From a virus, in UHGV virus genome UHGV-0164984: a stretch of DNA of 35,681 nt; one strand, written 5' to 3'. A program made the translations under genes and the position numbers. The notes under the pieces were generated by a model. It saw only the letters and a program-made list of their open reading frames with translations, was not told the origin of the DNA and did not search any database. Positions 25,562 to 35,681 of the stretch are shown in pieces. Positions within the stretch are counted from its first letter, which is position 1; the number at the start of each line of letters is the position of its first letter.

Positions 25562-27041
25562 CACCATTCCGTCGAATACGCTGGTTCCGCTGTTTTATGC
25601 GGAAATGGATAACCAGGCAGCGAATACTGCACAGGACAGCGGAGCATCGCTGCTGATTGGTCATGCCAGTAACGGTGCAGAGATTGTTGCCAACAGTCTG
25701 GTGTTGATGCCGTCGGCAGACTATGCACGCCAGATTTGTGGTGCGGGAAGTCAGCTGGCGCGTATGGTCGAGGCTTATCGCCAGACCGACCCGTTTGGTG
25801 AGCTGTATGTGATTGCCGTTCCGGAAGCCACAGGCGCGGCGGCAACGGTTACGCTGACGGTGACCGGGGAAGCAACCGAAAGCGGCACGGTGAATGTCTA
25901 TGTGGGACGTACCCGCGTGCAGGCTCCGGTGACCAACGGCGATAACGTCACGACGATTGCCAGCAGTATCCAGGATGCCATCAATGCCGTTCCGACTCTG
26001 CCGTTTACAGCTTCATCTTCGGCTGGTGTTGTCACGCTGACCGCGCGTCATAAGGGGCTTTGCGGGAATGAAATTCCTGTCAGCCTCAATTACTACGGCT
26101 TCGGTGGGGGCGAAGTGCTGCCAGCGGGCGTACAGATTGCCGTGGCGACGGGGACCGCCGGAACGGGCGCTCCGGTTCTCACCGGCGCGGTGGCTGCAAT
26201 GGCGGATGAGCCGTTTGATTATATCGGTCTGCCGTTCAACGACACGGCCTCCATTAACATGCTGGTGACCGAGATGAACGATACCAGCGGTCGCTGGAGC
26301 TATGCGCGTCAGCTGTATGGTCATGTGTATACGGCAAAGACCGGCACACTGTCAGAACTGGTGAACGCAGGTGACCAGTTTAACCAGCAGCACATCACCC
26401 TGGCGGGGTACGAAAAAGAGACCCAGACGCCTGCCGACGAGCTGGTGGCAAGCCGTACCGCCCGCGCAGCGGTGTTTATCCGCAACGATCCGGCACGTCC
26501 CACGCAGACCGGTGAGCTGGTGGGTATGCTGCCTGCGCCGAAGGGGAAACGGTTCACGATGACCGAGCAGCAGACCCTGCTGTCTCATGGCGTGGCAACG
26601 GCGTATGTCGAAAGCGGGGTGCTGCGCATTCAGCGTGATGTCACCACGTACAGGAAAAATGCTTACGGGGTTGCGGATAACAGCTACCTCGACAGCGAGA
26701 CGCTGCATACCAGTGCGTATGTACTGCGCAAACTGAAATCCGTCATTACCAGTAAGTACGGGCGTCACAAGCTTGCCAGCGACGGTACCCGCTTTGGTCC
26801 CGGTCAGGCGATTGTCACCCCGGCGGTAATCAAAGGCGAACTGCTGGCAACCTACCGTCAGCTCGAGCGTGCGGGCATCGTGGAAAACTACGAACTGTTT
26901 AAGCAGTACCTGGTTGTGGAGCGTGATGCCAGCGATCCGAACCGCCTGAACACGCTGTTCCCGCCTGACTATGTTAACCAGTTGCGTGTCTTTGCCGTGG
27001 TTAACCAGTTCCGTCTTCAGTATTCAGAGGAGTCTGCATAA
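25545..27041 (+). CDS. Contractile tail sheath protein (Mu gpL-like)
   Basis: 498 aa; size, position and sequence character of myovirus sheath. Confidence 0.9.
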   Translation: MTISFNTIPSNTLVPLFYAEMDNQAANTAQDSGASLLIGHASNGAEIVANSLVLMPSADYARQICGAGSQLARMVEAYRQTDPFGELYVIAVPEATGAAATVTLTVTGEATESGTVNVYVGRTRVQAPVTNGDNVTTIASSIQDAINAVPTLPFTASSSAGVVTLTARHKGLCGNEIPVSLNYYGFGGGEVLPAGVQIAVATGTAGTGAPVLTGAVAAMADEPFDYIGLPFNDTASINMLVTEMNDTSGRWSYARQLYGHVYTAKTGTLSELVNAGDQFNQQHITLAGYEKETQTPADELVASRTARAAVFIRNDPARPTQTGELVGMLPAPKGKRFTMTEQQTLLSHGVATAYVESGVLRIQRDVTTYRKNAYGVADNSYLDSETLHTSAYVLRKLKSVITSKYGRHKLASDGTRFGPGQAIVTPAVIKGELLATYRQLERAGIVENYELFKQYLVVERDASDPNRLNTLFPPDYVNQLRVFAVVNQFRLQYSEESA

Positions 27042-27397
27042 TGGCCCGTATCGGGGGAACCTGTTATTTCAAAATTGACGGTCAGCAGCTATCGCTGACC
27101 GGCGGCATTGAGGTGCCCATGAACAGGACGGTCAATGATGACATCATCGGCCTGGACGGTTCAGTGGACCGCAAGGAAACTCACCGTGCGCCTTATGTCA
27201 AAGGGACCTTCAAGGTGCCGAAGAATTTTCCGGTGAGCAAAATCACCTCGTCTGATGAGATGACCATCACTGCCGAGCTGGCGAACGGTCAGGTCTATGT
27301 ACTGTCGTCTGCCTGGCTGCACGGCGAAGCGAACCATAATGCCGAAGAAGGCACGGTCGATCTTGAGTTCCACGGTGAAGAAGGGGATTACCAGTAA
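27041..27397 (+). CDS. Tail tube protein
   Basis: 118 aa immediately after sheath. Confidence 0.8.
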   Translation: MARIGGTCYFKIDGQQLSLTGGIEVPMNRTVNDDIIGLDGSVDRKETHRAPYVKGTFKVPKNFPVSKITSSDEMTITAELANGQVYVLSSAWLHGEANHNAEEGTVDLEFHGEEGDYQ

Positions 27398-27666
27398 TGA
27401 AAGAGCTTGAGTTAAAGAAACCGATTATCGCTCATGGTGAGACACTCTCCGTACTGGAGTTTGATGAACCCACCGGGAAGGATGTCCGCGAGCTGGGGTA
27501 TCCCTACCAGATGAATCAGGATGAGTCCGTCAGACTTCTGGCGCATGTGGTGTCGAAATACATTGTGCGGCTGGCGAAAGTGCCGCAAAGCTCTGTCGAT
27601 CAGATGTCTCCGGCAGACCTGAATGCAGCGGCGTGGCTTGTGGCTGGTTTTTTCCTCCAGGCCTGA
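27397..27666 (+). CDS. Tail assembly chaperone (short form)
   Basis: 89 aa between tube and tape measure; ends just after slippery T_TTT_TTC. Confidence 0.7.
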   Translation: MKELELKKPIIAHGETLSVLEFDEPTGKDVRELGYPYQMNQDESVRLLAHVVSKYIVRLAKVPQSSVDQMSPADLNAAAWLVAGFFLQA

Positions 27667-27815
27667 CGGCTGAATACCTCACTGATCGATTCTTTGACTG
27701 CGCCAGCTACTGGCGCATTAATCCCTTCGAATTGCTGAATATGCCGATCAGTGAAATTCCCTTGCTGGTCAGTCAGGCAAACAGGATAGAGCAGGAGAAA
27801 CGCACACATGGCTGA
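27633..27815 (+). CDS. Tail assembly chaperone -1 frameshift extension
   Basis: ORF in -1 frame overlapping the chaperone 3' end; slippery heptamer TTTTTTC at 27648-27654; ends at tape measure start. Confidence 0.55.
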   Translation: MACGWFFPPGLTAEYLTDRFFDCASYWRINPFELLNMPISEIPLLVSQANRIEQEKRTHG

Positions 27816-29643
27816 ATTTGAGCTTAAGGCGTTGATCACCGGTGTCGACAGGCTTTCTCCCGCGCTGTCGAAAATGCAAAAGAAAATCCGGGGATTTAAA
27901 CGCCAGGCGGAAGAAGCGTCACAGGGTGGGCTGGCGCTTGGTGGCGGACTGGCAGCGGGTCTGACGCTTTCCCTGAAATCTTATGCCGATCAGGAAAACG
28001 CCGCCACCGGGCTGAAAGTCGCCATGATGGATGCGAACGGCGAGGTTGGAAAGAGCTTTCAGGACATCAATAAACTGGCTATTGGCCTGGGTAACCAGCT
28101 ACCCGGTACAACGGCTGATTTCCAGAACATGATGCAGATGCTGGTGCGTCAGGGGATCCCGGCAGAAAACATTCTTGGTGGTGTGGGTAAAGCGACAGCT
28201 TATCTTGCGGTACAACTGAAAAAAACACCGGAAGCGGCTGCTGAGTTTGCTGCAAAGATGCAGGATGCTACCGGAACGGCGTCAGAAGACATGATGGGGC
28301 TGTTCGACACTATCCAGAAGGCGTTTTATCTGGGCGTTGACGATACCAACATGTTGTCCTTCTTCACTAAAACCAGTTCTGTTCTGAAGATGGTGAATAA
28401 GGACGGACTTCAGGCTGCACAGAGCCTTGCCCCTATCAGCGTCATGATGGATCAGATGGGGATGAACGGGGAGTCGGCAGGTAATGCCCTGCGAAAAGTT
28501 ATCCAGTCCGGATTAAGCGTTAAGAAAATCAGGGACGTCAATAAAGTCATGGCCCGCCAGAAACTCGGAGTGCAGCTCGATTTTACTGACGGCAAAGGGA
28601 GTTTTGGCGGTCTTGATAACATGTTCAGGCAACTGGCAAAGCTGCGAAAACTGACCGACGTTAAGCGAACAGGTGTACTTAAGGCAATATTTGGTGATGA
28701 TGCCGAAACCCTTCAGGTGGTCAATGCTCTGATCGATAAAGGAAAGGATGGTTACGATCAGATCCAGCAGAAGATGAATAAACAGGCCAGCCTGAATAAA
28801 CGTGTTCAGGCACAGCTTGGTACGCTGTCCAACCTGTGGGAGGCAATGACAGGGACCGCAACTAACGGCCTTGCGGCTATTGGCGGCGCATTTTCTGGTG
28901 ACGCCAAAAATATCACGCAATGGCTGGGGGAGTTGGGGGAAAAATTCACGAAGTTTGCGGATGAAAATCCCCGGGTTATTCGCGGCGTCGTCGGGCTTGC
29001 TGCCGGTCTTGCGATTCTGAAACTGGGATTGATGGGCGTGGGCAGTGCCATCAGTATCGTCAGCAGGATCATGTCGATGACGCCGATTGGCATGATTGCG
29101 ACGGCGATTGCCCTGGCTGCGGGATTAATTATCACTAACTGGGATGTTGTCGGACCTTATTTTAAGAAACTCTGGGAAACCATTAGTCCTTATTTTGAGG
29201 CTGGCCGGGAACTTCTGAAGAAGGTTTTTGCCTGGTCGCCGCTGGGGATGGTGATCAATAACTGGGGACCGGTTGTTAAGTGGTTTCAGGATATGTGGGA
29301 TAAGCTGAAGCCGATTATTGAATGGTTTACCGACAGTTCCGGTGACACGGTCGATGCCATTAACTCTGCGCAGTGGGGCGCGGGTGCTTATGATGCTTAT
29401 GGGACGGGAATACCGGCGCGGGGATACACACCTTATCCGGCGGTGGATCCGGCTCAGTCAAACAACGCCTCCGATGCCACAGGCTCGAATCCCTTCATGA
29501 TTAACAAAGCTTCTGCGCCAAAAGTTGATGGTGAGATCAAGGTCTCTTTTGTGAATTCGCCTCCGGGGATGCGGGTTATGGAAACGCGATCCAGCGGTTT
29601 TGATGTCAGCCATGATGTTGGCTATACGCGCTTTGGCAGGTAA
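27808..29643 (+). CDS. Tail tape measure protein
   Basis: 611 aa, Ala/Gly-rich helical protein with hydrophobic segment. Confidence 0.9.
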   Translation: MAEFELKALITGVDRLSPALSKMQKKIRGFKRQAEEASQGGLALGGGLAAGLTLSLKSYADQENAATGLKVAMMDANGEVGKSFQDINKLAIGLGNQLPGTTADFQNMMQMLVRQGIPAENILGGVGKATAYLAVQLKKTPEAAAEFAAKMQDATGTASEDMMGLFDTIQKAFYLGVDDTNMLSFFTKTSSVLKMVNKDGLQAAQSLAPISVMMDQMGMNGESAGNALRKVIQSGLSVKKIRDVNKVMARQKLGVQLDFTDGKGSFGGLDNMFRQLAKLRKLTDVKRTGVLKAIFGDDAETLQVVNALIDKGKDGYDQIQQKMNKQASLNKRVQAQLGTLSNLWEAMTGTATNGLAAIGGAFSGDAKNITQWLGELGEKFTKFADENPRVIRGVVGLAAGLAILKLGLMGVGSAISIVSRIMSMTPIGMIATAIALAAGLIITNWDVVGPYFKKLWETISPYFEAGRELLKKVFAWSPLGMVINNWGPVVKWFQDMWDKLKPIIEWFTDSSGDTVDAINSAQWGAGAYDAYGTGIPARGYTPYPAVDPAQSNNASDATGSNPFMINKASAPKVDGEIKVSFVNSPPGMRVMETRSSGFDVSHDVGYTRFGR

Positions 29644-29666
29644 TGAAAAATTAATCTGTTAATGAG

Positions 29667-29688
29667 TCCCACTCCGGTGGGATTTTTT
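29667..29688 (+). terminator. Intrinsic terminator / attenuator after tape measure gene
   Basis: Stem TCCCAC / GTGGGA with loop TCCG followed by TTTTTT. Confidence 0.45.
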
Positions 29689-29703
29689 ATGTACGGAGTT
29701 TAT

Positions 29704-31032
29704 ATGACGTGGAAAGACAGACTTCAGGACGCGTCATTTCGCGGTGTGCCGTTTAAGGTTGAAGAAGAAAGTGCGGGAACCGGCCGTCGTGTGGAAACAC
29801 ACGAATATCCGAACCGCGACAAACCCTATACCGAAGATCTGGGAAAAGTCACTTTCCGCCCGTCCATCACGGCTTATGTGGTGGGCGATGACTGCTTTGA
29901 CCAGCGCGATCGCCTGATTGACGCGCTGAATAAACCCGGTCCCGGCACGCTTGTCCATCCGACATACGGTGAGCTGAAAGTCTGTGTTGACGGGGAAGTT
30001 CGGGTCAGCACATCGAAGAATGAAGGGCGTATTGTCCGCTTTGACCTGAAGTTTGTCGAAGCGGGAGAACTCTCTTACCCCATATCAGGTGCGGCGACGG
30101 CGCAGACGCTGATGTCATCCTGTTCTGCACTGGATGACTGCATCAGTGACAGTTTCAGAGGTTTCAGTATCGATGGCGTGGCGGATTTTGTGCAGAACGA
30201 CGTCGTCGGTAATGCCAGCACAATGCTGGGGTATGTTTCTGATGCGATGAAAGTGGTGGATTCTGCCGTATCGGATGCCGCCAGGCTGTTGCAGGGGGAT
30301 ATCTCGGTACTTCTGTCGCCGCCATCGTCAGGCAAAAATTTCGTTGAGCAGGTGCAGAAAATGTGGCGTACCGGGAAACGCCTTTATGGTAACGCCAGCG
30401 ACCTGGTCACCATGATCAAAACGCTTTCCGGTGTCAGCCTCGGCAGCGATCTGCAACCGCGCGGCGTCTGGAAAACGGACAGTAAAACCACCGCCACGGC
30501 GACGCAGCAGCGTAACGTGGTTGCCAGCACCCTTCGTACGACCGCAATCAGCGAAGCGGCGTATGCCGTCACCCGATTGCCTGCGCCAACAACTTCCGCG
30601 GTGATGCAGAATGCCGCAGTGGGGCAGGCAACAACACCCGCGCAGAGCACTGGCTGGCCTTCCGTCACGCATCCGGCACTGAACAATGCACCGGCGGTGA
30701 AAAGCACGGTTGACCTGCCAACGTGGGAAGAACTGACTGACATTCGCGACACACTGAATACGGCAATTGATAAGGAGTTGTCCCGTACAACCAGTGATGC
30801 GCTGTTTCTGGCGCTGCGCCGGGTGAAAGCAGATCTGAATGCGGATATCAACACGCGCCTTGAACAGTCTGCACGGATCATTCAGCGCACGCCGGATGAG
30901 GTTTTACCCGCGCTGGTGCTGGCGGCGACCTGGTTTGATAACGCGGCGCGTGACGGGGACATTATCCGGCGTAATGCCATTACGCATCCCGGCTTTGTGC
31001 CGGTGATCCCTCTGAAGGTGCCAGTGCAATGA
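29704..31032 (+). CDS. DNA circularization protein (Mu gpN-like) of baseplate module
   Basis: ATG at 29704 with GGAG SD; N-terminus WKDRLQDASFRGVPF...HEYPNRD resembles Mu N family. Confidence 0.8.
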   Translation: MTWKDRLQDASFRGVPFKVEEESAGTGRRVETHEYPNRDKPYTEDLGKVTFRPSITAYVVGDDCFDQRDRLIDALNKPGPGTLVHPTYGELKVCVDGEVRVSTSKNEGRIVRFDLKFVEAGELSYPISGAATAQTLMSSCSALDDCISDSFRGFSIDGVADFVQNDVVGNASTMLGYVSDAMKVVDSAVSDAARLLQGDISVLLSPPSSGKNFVEQVQKMWRTGKRLYGNASDLVTMIKTLSGVSLGSDLQPRGVWKTDSKTTATATQQRNVVASTLRTTAISEAAYAVTRLPAPTTSAVMQNAAVGQATTPAQSTGWPSVTHPALNNAPAVKSTVDLPTWEELTDIRDTLNTAIDKELSRTTSDALFLALRRVKADLNADINTRLEQSARIIQRTPDEVLPALVLAATWFDNAARDGDIIRRNAITHPGFVPVIPLKVPVQ

Positions 31033-32108
31033 ACGATAACGTCACGCTACGGGTAAATGGCCGGGAGTGGAATGGCTGGACATCGGTGCGCATCGGTGCC
31101 GGTGTTGAACGACTGGCGCGGGATTTCAGTGTGGAGATCACCCGCCAGTGGCCGGGAGATGAGGGTATCACCACGCTTCAGCCGCGCATTAAAAACGGTT
31201 CAAAAGTGGAAGTGCTGATTGGTGATGAGCTGGTGATCACTGGCTGGGTGGAGGCGACGCCCGTTCGTTACGATGCCCGTTCGGTCAGCACCGGTATTGC
31301 CGGACGCAGTCTGACCGCTGACCTGATTGACTGTGCAGCCGAACCGACACAGTTTAACGGACGATCGCTGGTACAGATTGCGCAGGCGCTTGCTGCGCCT
31401 TTCGGCATTGAGGTGGTGAACAGCGGTGCGCCGTCGGGTGTTATTCCTGATGTCCAGCCTGATCACGGTGAAACGGTGATCGAGGTGATCAACAAAATAC
31501 TCGGTCAGCAGCAGGCGCTGGCTTACGACGACTCGCACGGCAGGCTGGTGATTGGCGGTATTGGCTCAACGCGGGCACATACCGCGCTGGTACTCGGGGA
31601 AAACATCCTTTCCTGCGATACGGAGAAGAGTATCCGGGAGCGGTTTTCTGTTTACCAGGTGGCGGGGCAGCGTGCCGGAAACGACGATGATTTCGGTGAG
31701 GCCACCACCACCGCGCTGCGGGCCCGCACAGAGGACGCATTTATTGCCCGTTACCGTCCGATGTATATCAGGCAGACAGGGCAGGCTACGGGGGCAGGCT
31801 GTATTGCCCGTGCTGACTTTGAAGCCCGACAACGGGCGGCACGGACGGATGAAACCACCTATGTGGTGCAGGGCTGGCGACAGGGTAACGGTACGCTGTG
31901 GCAGCCCAACCAGCGGGTGATTGTCTTCGATCCGGTCTGTGGTTTCGATAATACCGAACTGCTTGTTTCGGAAGTCACGTTTACTCAGGACCAGAACGGC
32001 ACCCTGACGGAAATCCGTGTCGGCCCGCCTGATGCTTATCTGCCTGAACCCGAAGCCCCCGGCGCGCGGAAAAAGAAAAAAGCCAGAGTACAGGAGGACC
32101 CGTTCTGA
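31029..32108 (+). CDS. Baseplate hub protein (Mu gpP-like)
   Basis: 359 aa; ATGA overlap. Confidence 0.8.
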   Translation: MNDNVTLRVNGREWNGWTSVRIGAGVERLARDFSVEITRQWPGDEGITTLQPRIKNGSKVEVLIGDELVITGWVEATPVRYDARSVSTGIAGRSLTADLIDCAAEPTQFNGRSLVQIAQALAAPFGIEVVNSGAPSGVIPDVQPDHGETVIEVINKILGQQQALAYDDSHGRLVIGGIGSTRAHTALVLGENILSCDTEKSIRERFSVYQVAGQRAGNDDDFGEATTTALRARTEDAFIARYRPMYIRQTGQATGAGCIARADFEARQRAARTDETTYVVQGWRQGNGTLWQPNQRVIVFDPVCGFDNTELLVSEVTFTQDQNGTLTEIRVGPPDAYLPEPEAPGARKKKKARVQEDPF

Positions 32109-32656
32109 TGAGGACGATTGAAGCCATGCAGCGACAACTCCTCGGCCTGATTGGGCGGGCCGTGGTGAAAAGCATCAGTGCCGCCACGAAATGTCAGACC
32201 GTGGATGTGTCCCTGATTGCCGGTGAACCCAAAGCCGGGGTTGAGCATCTTGAACCCTACGGTTTTACCGCAAGGGCAAACAGCGGTGCAGAAGCGGTGG
32301 TGTTGTTTCCGGATGGCGACCGTTCTCATGCGGTAGTTGTTACGGTGTCGGACCGGCGCTACCGCCTGAAAGGGCTGCAGACGGGTGAGGTGGCTGTCTA
32401 TGACGATCAGGGGCAGTCCGTGATGCTGACCCGGGAGGGGATCGTGGTGGACGGTGCAGGTAAAACGATCACGTTTCGCAATGCACCTGAAGCACGTTTT
32501 GAAATGGACCTTGAAGTGACCGGACAGGTGAAAGACCTGTGCGACTCCGGCGGCACCACCATGTCAGCGATGCGGCTTGCTTATAACGGGCATCGTCACA
32601 GAGAGAACGGTCAGGGCAGTAACACCGACAAACCTGATAAAGCGATGGAGGCATGA
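32108..32656 (+). CDS. Baseplate assembly protein V / spike
   Basis: 182 aa; gpV-like. Confidence 0.8.
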   Translation: MRTIEAMQRQLLGLIGRAVVKSISAATKCQTVDVSLIAGEPKAGVEHLEPYGFTARANSGAEAVVLFPDGDRSHAVVVTVSDRRYRLKGLQTGEVAVYDDQGQSVMLTREGIVVDGAGKTITFRNAPEARFEMDLEVTGQVKDLCDSGGTTMSAMRLAYNGHRHRENGQGSNTDKPDKAMEA

Positions 32657-33081
32657 TGGAACTGTGGCTGACGGTGAACGGTAAACGCACCTGCGCCAGC
32701 GCACCGCTGGATCCGCTGACCCGCGCCGTGGTGATTTCCCTGTTCACCTGGCGGCGGGCGGAGCCTGATGACAATGCCGACGTCCCGATGGGATGGTGGG
32801 GGGATACCTGGCCTGCGGTACAGAATGACCGTTACGGCTCCCGACTGTGGCTGCTTCAGCGCAGCAAACTGACCAATCAGCTGGTGCAGACGGTAAGGGG
32901 GTATATCCGCGAATGCCTGCAATGGATGATTGATGACGGCGTGGTGTCCCGTATTGATCTGGATATCCGCCGCACCGGGATTAATGAACTGGGTAACAGT
33001 ATCACTCTCTGGCGTCGTGACGGACCGGTAATGATTTCTTTTGATGATCTGTGGAGTGCGATAACGCATGGCGGACAGTGA
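32653..33081 (+). CDS. Baseplate protein (Mu gp46-like)
   Basis: 142 aa; position between gpV-like and gpJ-like genes. Confidence 0.75.
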   Translation: MMELWLTVNGKRTCASAPLDPLTRAVVISLFTWRRAEPDDNADVPMGWWGDTWPAVQNDRYGSRLWLLQRSKLTNQLVQTVRGYIRECLQWMIDDGVVSRIDLDIRRTGINELGNSITLWRRDGPVMISFDDLWSAITHGGQ

Positions 33082-34126
33082 ATTTCAGCGCCCGACGCTG
33101 GCAGAAAATATCAGTATGCTCCGTAACGATTTATTCGCCAGGCTGGACGTCAGCGACACGCTCCGGCGCATGGATGAAGACGTGCGGGCAAAGGTGTATG
33201 CGGCGGCGCTGCATACGGTTTACGGGTACATCGATTATCTGGCAATGAATATGCTGCCTGACCTGTGCGATGAGTCCTGGCTGGCGCGACATGCTGCGAT
33301 GAAACGGTGTCCGCGCAAGGGGGCCACGGCTGCCAGCGGGTATATGCGCTGGGAAGGTGTCAGCGATGGCCTGAAGGTGACTGCCGGGAGCGTGATTCAG
33401 CGCGATGACCTGGTTCAGTACACGGCAACTGCCGATGCAACCAGCTCCGGTGGTGTCCTGCGTGTGCCGATCACTTGCTCAACTACAGGCGCGGTCGGTA
33501 ACGCTGACGACGGTACGGCATTAATCCTGGTCACGCCGGTGAATGGTCTGCCGTCTTCCGGTGTGGCTGACACCCTGACAGGCGGATTTGATACTGAAGA
33601 GCTGGAAACGTGGCGCGCCCGCGTCATTGAGCGGTATTACTGGACGCCTCAGGGCGGGGCTGACGGGGACTATGTCGTCTGGGCTAAAGAAGTGCCCGGC
33701 ATTACCCGCGCATGGACATACCGACACTGGATGGGAACGGGGACTGTCGGTGTGATGATTGCCAGCAGTGACCTGATTAATCCCATTCCGGAAGAGTCAA
33801 CGGAAACGGCGGCAAGACAACATATCGAGCCACTGGCCCCGGTGGCAGGCTCTGATTTGTATGTATTCAGGCCGGTGGCGCATAAAGTGGATTTTCATAT
33901 CCGCGTGACGCCGGACACACCGGAAATACGGGCTGCCATCACCGCGGAGTTGCGTTCGTTCTTGCTGCGTGATGGTTATCCGCAGGGAGAACTGAAGGTG
34001 TCGCGTATCAGTGAGGCGATTTCCGGTGCGAACGGGGAATACAGCCATCAGTTGCTTGCACCGGCGGACAATATCTCCATTGCAAAAAATGAACTGGCGG
34101 TACTGGGGACGATTTCATGGACGTGA
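33068..34126 (+). CDS. Baseplate J-like wedge protein
   Basis: 352 aa; baseplate J family character. Confidence 0.85.
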   Translation: MADSEFQRPTLAENISMLRNDLFARLDVSDTLRRMDEDVRAKVYAAALHTVYGYIDYLAMNMLPDLCDESWLARHAAMKRCPRKGATAASGYMRWEGVSDGLKVTAGSVIQRDDLVQYTATADATSSGGVLRVPITCSTTGAVGNADDGTALILVTPVNGLPSSGVADTLTGGFDTEELETWRARVIERYYWTPQGGADGDYVVWAKEVPGITRAWTYRHWMGTGTVGVMIASSDLINPIPEESTETAARQHIEPLAPVAGSDLYVFRPVAHKVDFHIRVTPDTPEIRAAITAELRSFLLRDGYPQGELKVSRISEAISGANGEYSHQLLAPADNISIAKNELAVLGTISWT

Positions 34127-34701
34127 CAAACGATGATTACATCCGTCTGTTGTCGGCACTGTTGCCCCCCGGTCCGGCGTGGTCAGCCAGCGATCCGGCG
34201 ATTGCCGGTGCGGCACCGTCATTAACCCGCGTTCATCAGCGTGCGGATGCCCTGATGCGGGAGCTGGATCCGCGCACCACCACTGAACTGATAAACCGCT
34301 GGGAGCGTCTGTGCGGTCTGCCGGATGAATGTATTCCCGCAGGGACACAGACCCTTCGCCAGCGTCAGCAACGGCTGGATGCGAAGGTTAACCTGGCGGG
34401 CGGCATCAACGAGAATTTTTATCTTGCACAGCTTGCTGCCCTGGGCAGACCAGATGCCAACATCACGCGATACGACAAAAGCACGTTCACCTGCTCATCA
34501 GCCTGTACTGACGCGGTGAATGCGCCGGAATGGCGGTATTACTGGCAGGTCAACATGCCAGCCGCCACCAACACCACCTGGATGACATGTGGCGATCCCT
34601 GCGATTCCGCACTGCGTATCTGGGGGGACACCGTTATCGAGTGCGTGCTTAACAAACTCTGCCCGTCGCATACCTACATAATTTTTAAATATCCGGAGTA
34701 A
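34117..34701 (+). CDS. Tail protein, YmfQ-like (DUF2313; Mu gp48 / P2 gpI-like)
   Basis: 194 aa; same size and position as e14 YmfQ; Cys cluster at C-terminus. Confidence 0.8.
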   Translation: MDVTNDDYIRLLSALLPPGPAWSASDPAIAGAAPSLTRVHQRADALMRELDPRTTTELINRWERLCGLPDECIPAGTQTLRQRQQRLDAKVNLAGGINENFYLAQLAALGRPDANITRYDKSTFTCSSACTDAVNAPEWRYYWQVNMPAATNTTWMTCGDPCDSALRIWGDTVIECVLNKLCPSHTYIIFKYPE

Positions 34702-34704
34702 TCC

Positions 34705-35631
34705 ATGCATCGTATAGACACGAAAACCGCGCAAAAGGATAAGTTCGGCGCGGGTAAGAACGGTTTTACCCGTGGTAACCCCCAGACAGGCACGCCTGCC
34801 ACCGATCTGGATGATGACTACTTTGACATGTTGCAGGAAGAGCTCTGCAGCGTGGTGGAGGCATCCGGTGCCAGCCTGGAGAAGGGGCGGCATGACCAGC
34901 TGCTTACCGCGCTTCGTGCGCTGCTGTTAAGTCGCAAAAATCCGTTTGGCGATATCAAATCGGACGGCACGGTGAAAACGGCTCTACAAAACCTTGGTTT
35001 GGGAGATACAAGCGGATACGTGGGACGCCGGCTGAGTACCCGGGTTTTCACGTCATCAGGTACGTACACCCCGACGCCAGGAACAAAACGGATCAGGGTC
35101 ACAATAACGGGCGGCGGTGGCGGAGGGTGCGGCTGCAAAGCAGCATCCAGTAACGAAACGTTTTTTGGTGCAGGCGGTGGAGCAGGTGGAACAACAATTT
35201 CAACAATGACCCTGACAGAGAATAGTTATCCTGTCGTTATCGGTGCAGGCGGTGGAGGCGGTGTCGGTGCGTCAGTGGGTTACAAGGGAGGTGATAGCTC
35301 GTTCTCATCGTTAATTGCTCCAGGAGGTGAAGGTGCCGGAAAACCAGGAATCACAAACACAAACGGTGGTTACGGAGGCGTACCGAATATTGGCGATATC
35401 CGCATCACTGGTGGAGATGGAGGCGACGGTCAGTCAGGGAATATCGGCGTCAGCGGTGAAGGCGGTGCATCGTACTGGGGAGGCGGTGGACGCGCAGGCG
35501 CTGGCGGTGGTGTTAGCGGTAAGGCATATGGTTCAGGCGGTGGTGGTGCATACGATGCCGGTTATAGCGGAGCCAGTATGACGGGCGGGAAAGGCGCTGC
35601 AGGGATTTGTATTATCGAGGAGTTTGCATAA
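34705..35631 (+). CDS. Tail fiber protein with glycine-rich C-terminal repeat domain
   Basis: Conserved tail-fiber N-terminus (…[16 protein letters not shown]…) followed by GGxGG-type repeats. Confidence 0.8.
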   Translation: MHRIDTKTAQKDKFGAGKNGFTRGNPQTGTPATDLDDDYFDMLQEELCSVVEASGASLEKGRHDQLLTALRALLLSRKNPFGDIKSDGTVKTALQNLGLGDTSGYVGRRLSTRVFTSSGTYTPTPGTKRIRVTITGGGGGGCGCKAASSNETFFGAGGGAGGTTISTMTLTENSYPVVIGAGGGGGVGASVGYKGGDSSFSSLIAPGGEGAGKPGITNTNGGYGGVPNIGDIRITGGDGGDGQSGNIGVSGEGGASYWGGGGRAGAGGGVSGKAYGSGGGGAYDAGYSGASMTGGKGAAGICIIEEFA

Positions 35632-35681
35632 TGAATGCGTCATATGCAGTTATTGAAAATGGGATGGTTGTGAATGTCATT
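35631..35681 (+). CDS. Tail fiber assembly protein (5' end only; continues beyond window)
   Basis: TAATG stop-start overlap with tail fiber; [18 protein letters not shown]-terminus. Confidence 0.5.
   Translation, partial: MNASYAVIENGMVVNVI

Larger units (their letters stand above)
366..35681. mobile_element. Integrated lambdoid prophage (e14-like early region, HK97-type head, Mu-like contractile tail); right end beyond window
   Basis: att-type tRNA fragment followed by integrase, excisionase, CI/Cro, replication, Q, lysis, terminase, portal, capsid, sheath, tube, tape measure, baseplate and tail fiber genes in canonical order. Confidence 0.9.

Noticed and set aside
1-35681. CRISPR array or IS element
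   Set aside because: No regularly spaced short direct repeats and no transposase-like ORF or terminal inverted repeats seen.

Overview
Nearly the whole window is one integrated, apparently intact lambdoid prophage (e14-like early/immunity region, HK97-type head, Mu-like contractile tail). Positions 1-365 are host flank: the 3' end of an outer-membrane-type gene and a hairpin terminator. A 49-nt 3' fragment of tRNA-Pro at 366-414 (minus strand) marks the attR-type junction. Left to right the prophage carries: an AT-rich HNH-like cargo gene, integrase and excisionase, early-left genes (including an HD-domain hydrolase), a GC-rich ORF-free structured spacer, a rightward accessory operon (membrane protein flanked by three paralogous proline-rich micro-ORFs), CI repressor and Cro with palindromic operators, CII-like regulator, replication initiator with internal iterons, PerC-like and LexA-N-domain-like regulators, RusA, KilA-N, DUF968, antiterminator Q, an AT-rich three-gene minus-strand cassette ending in an MBL-fold hydrolase, a terminator, holin, lambda R-like endolysin, Rz/Rz1, a second small minus-strand accessory pair, HNH endonuclease, terminase small and large subunits, portal, prohead protease, major capsid, connectors, tail sheath and tube, a chaperone pair with a -1 slippery site, tape measure, baseplate genes, tail fiber and the start of a tail-fiber assembly gene. 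The best candidates for something undescribed are the three-gene cassette between Q and the lysis genes, and the micro-ORF family around the membrane protein. All calls rest on reading the sequence and remembered family signatures; no database search was run.
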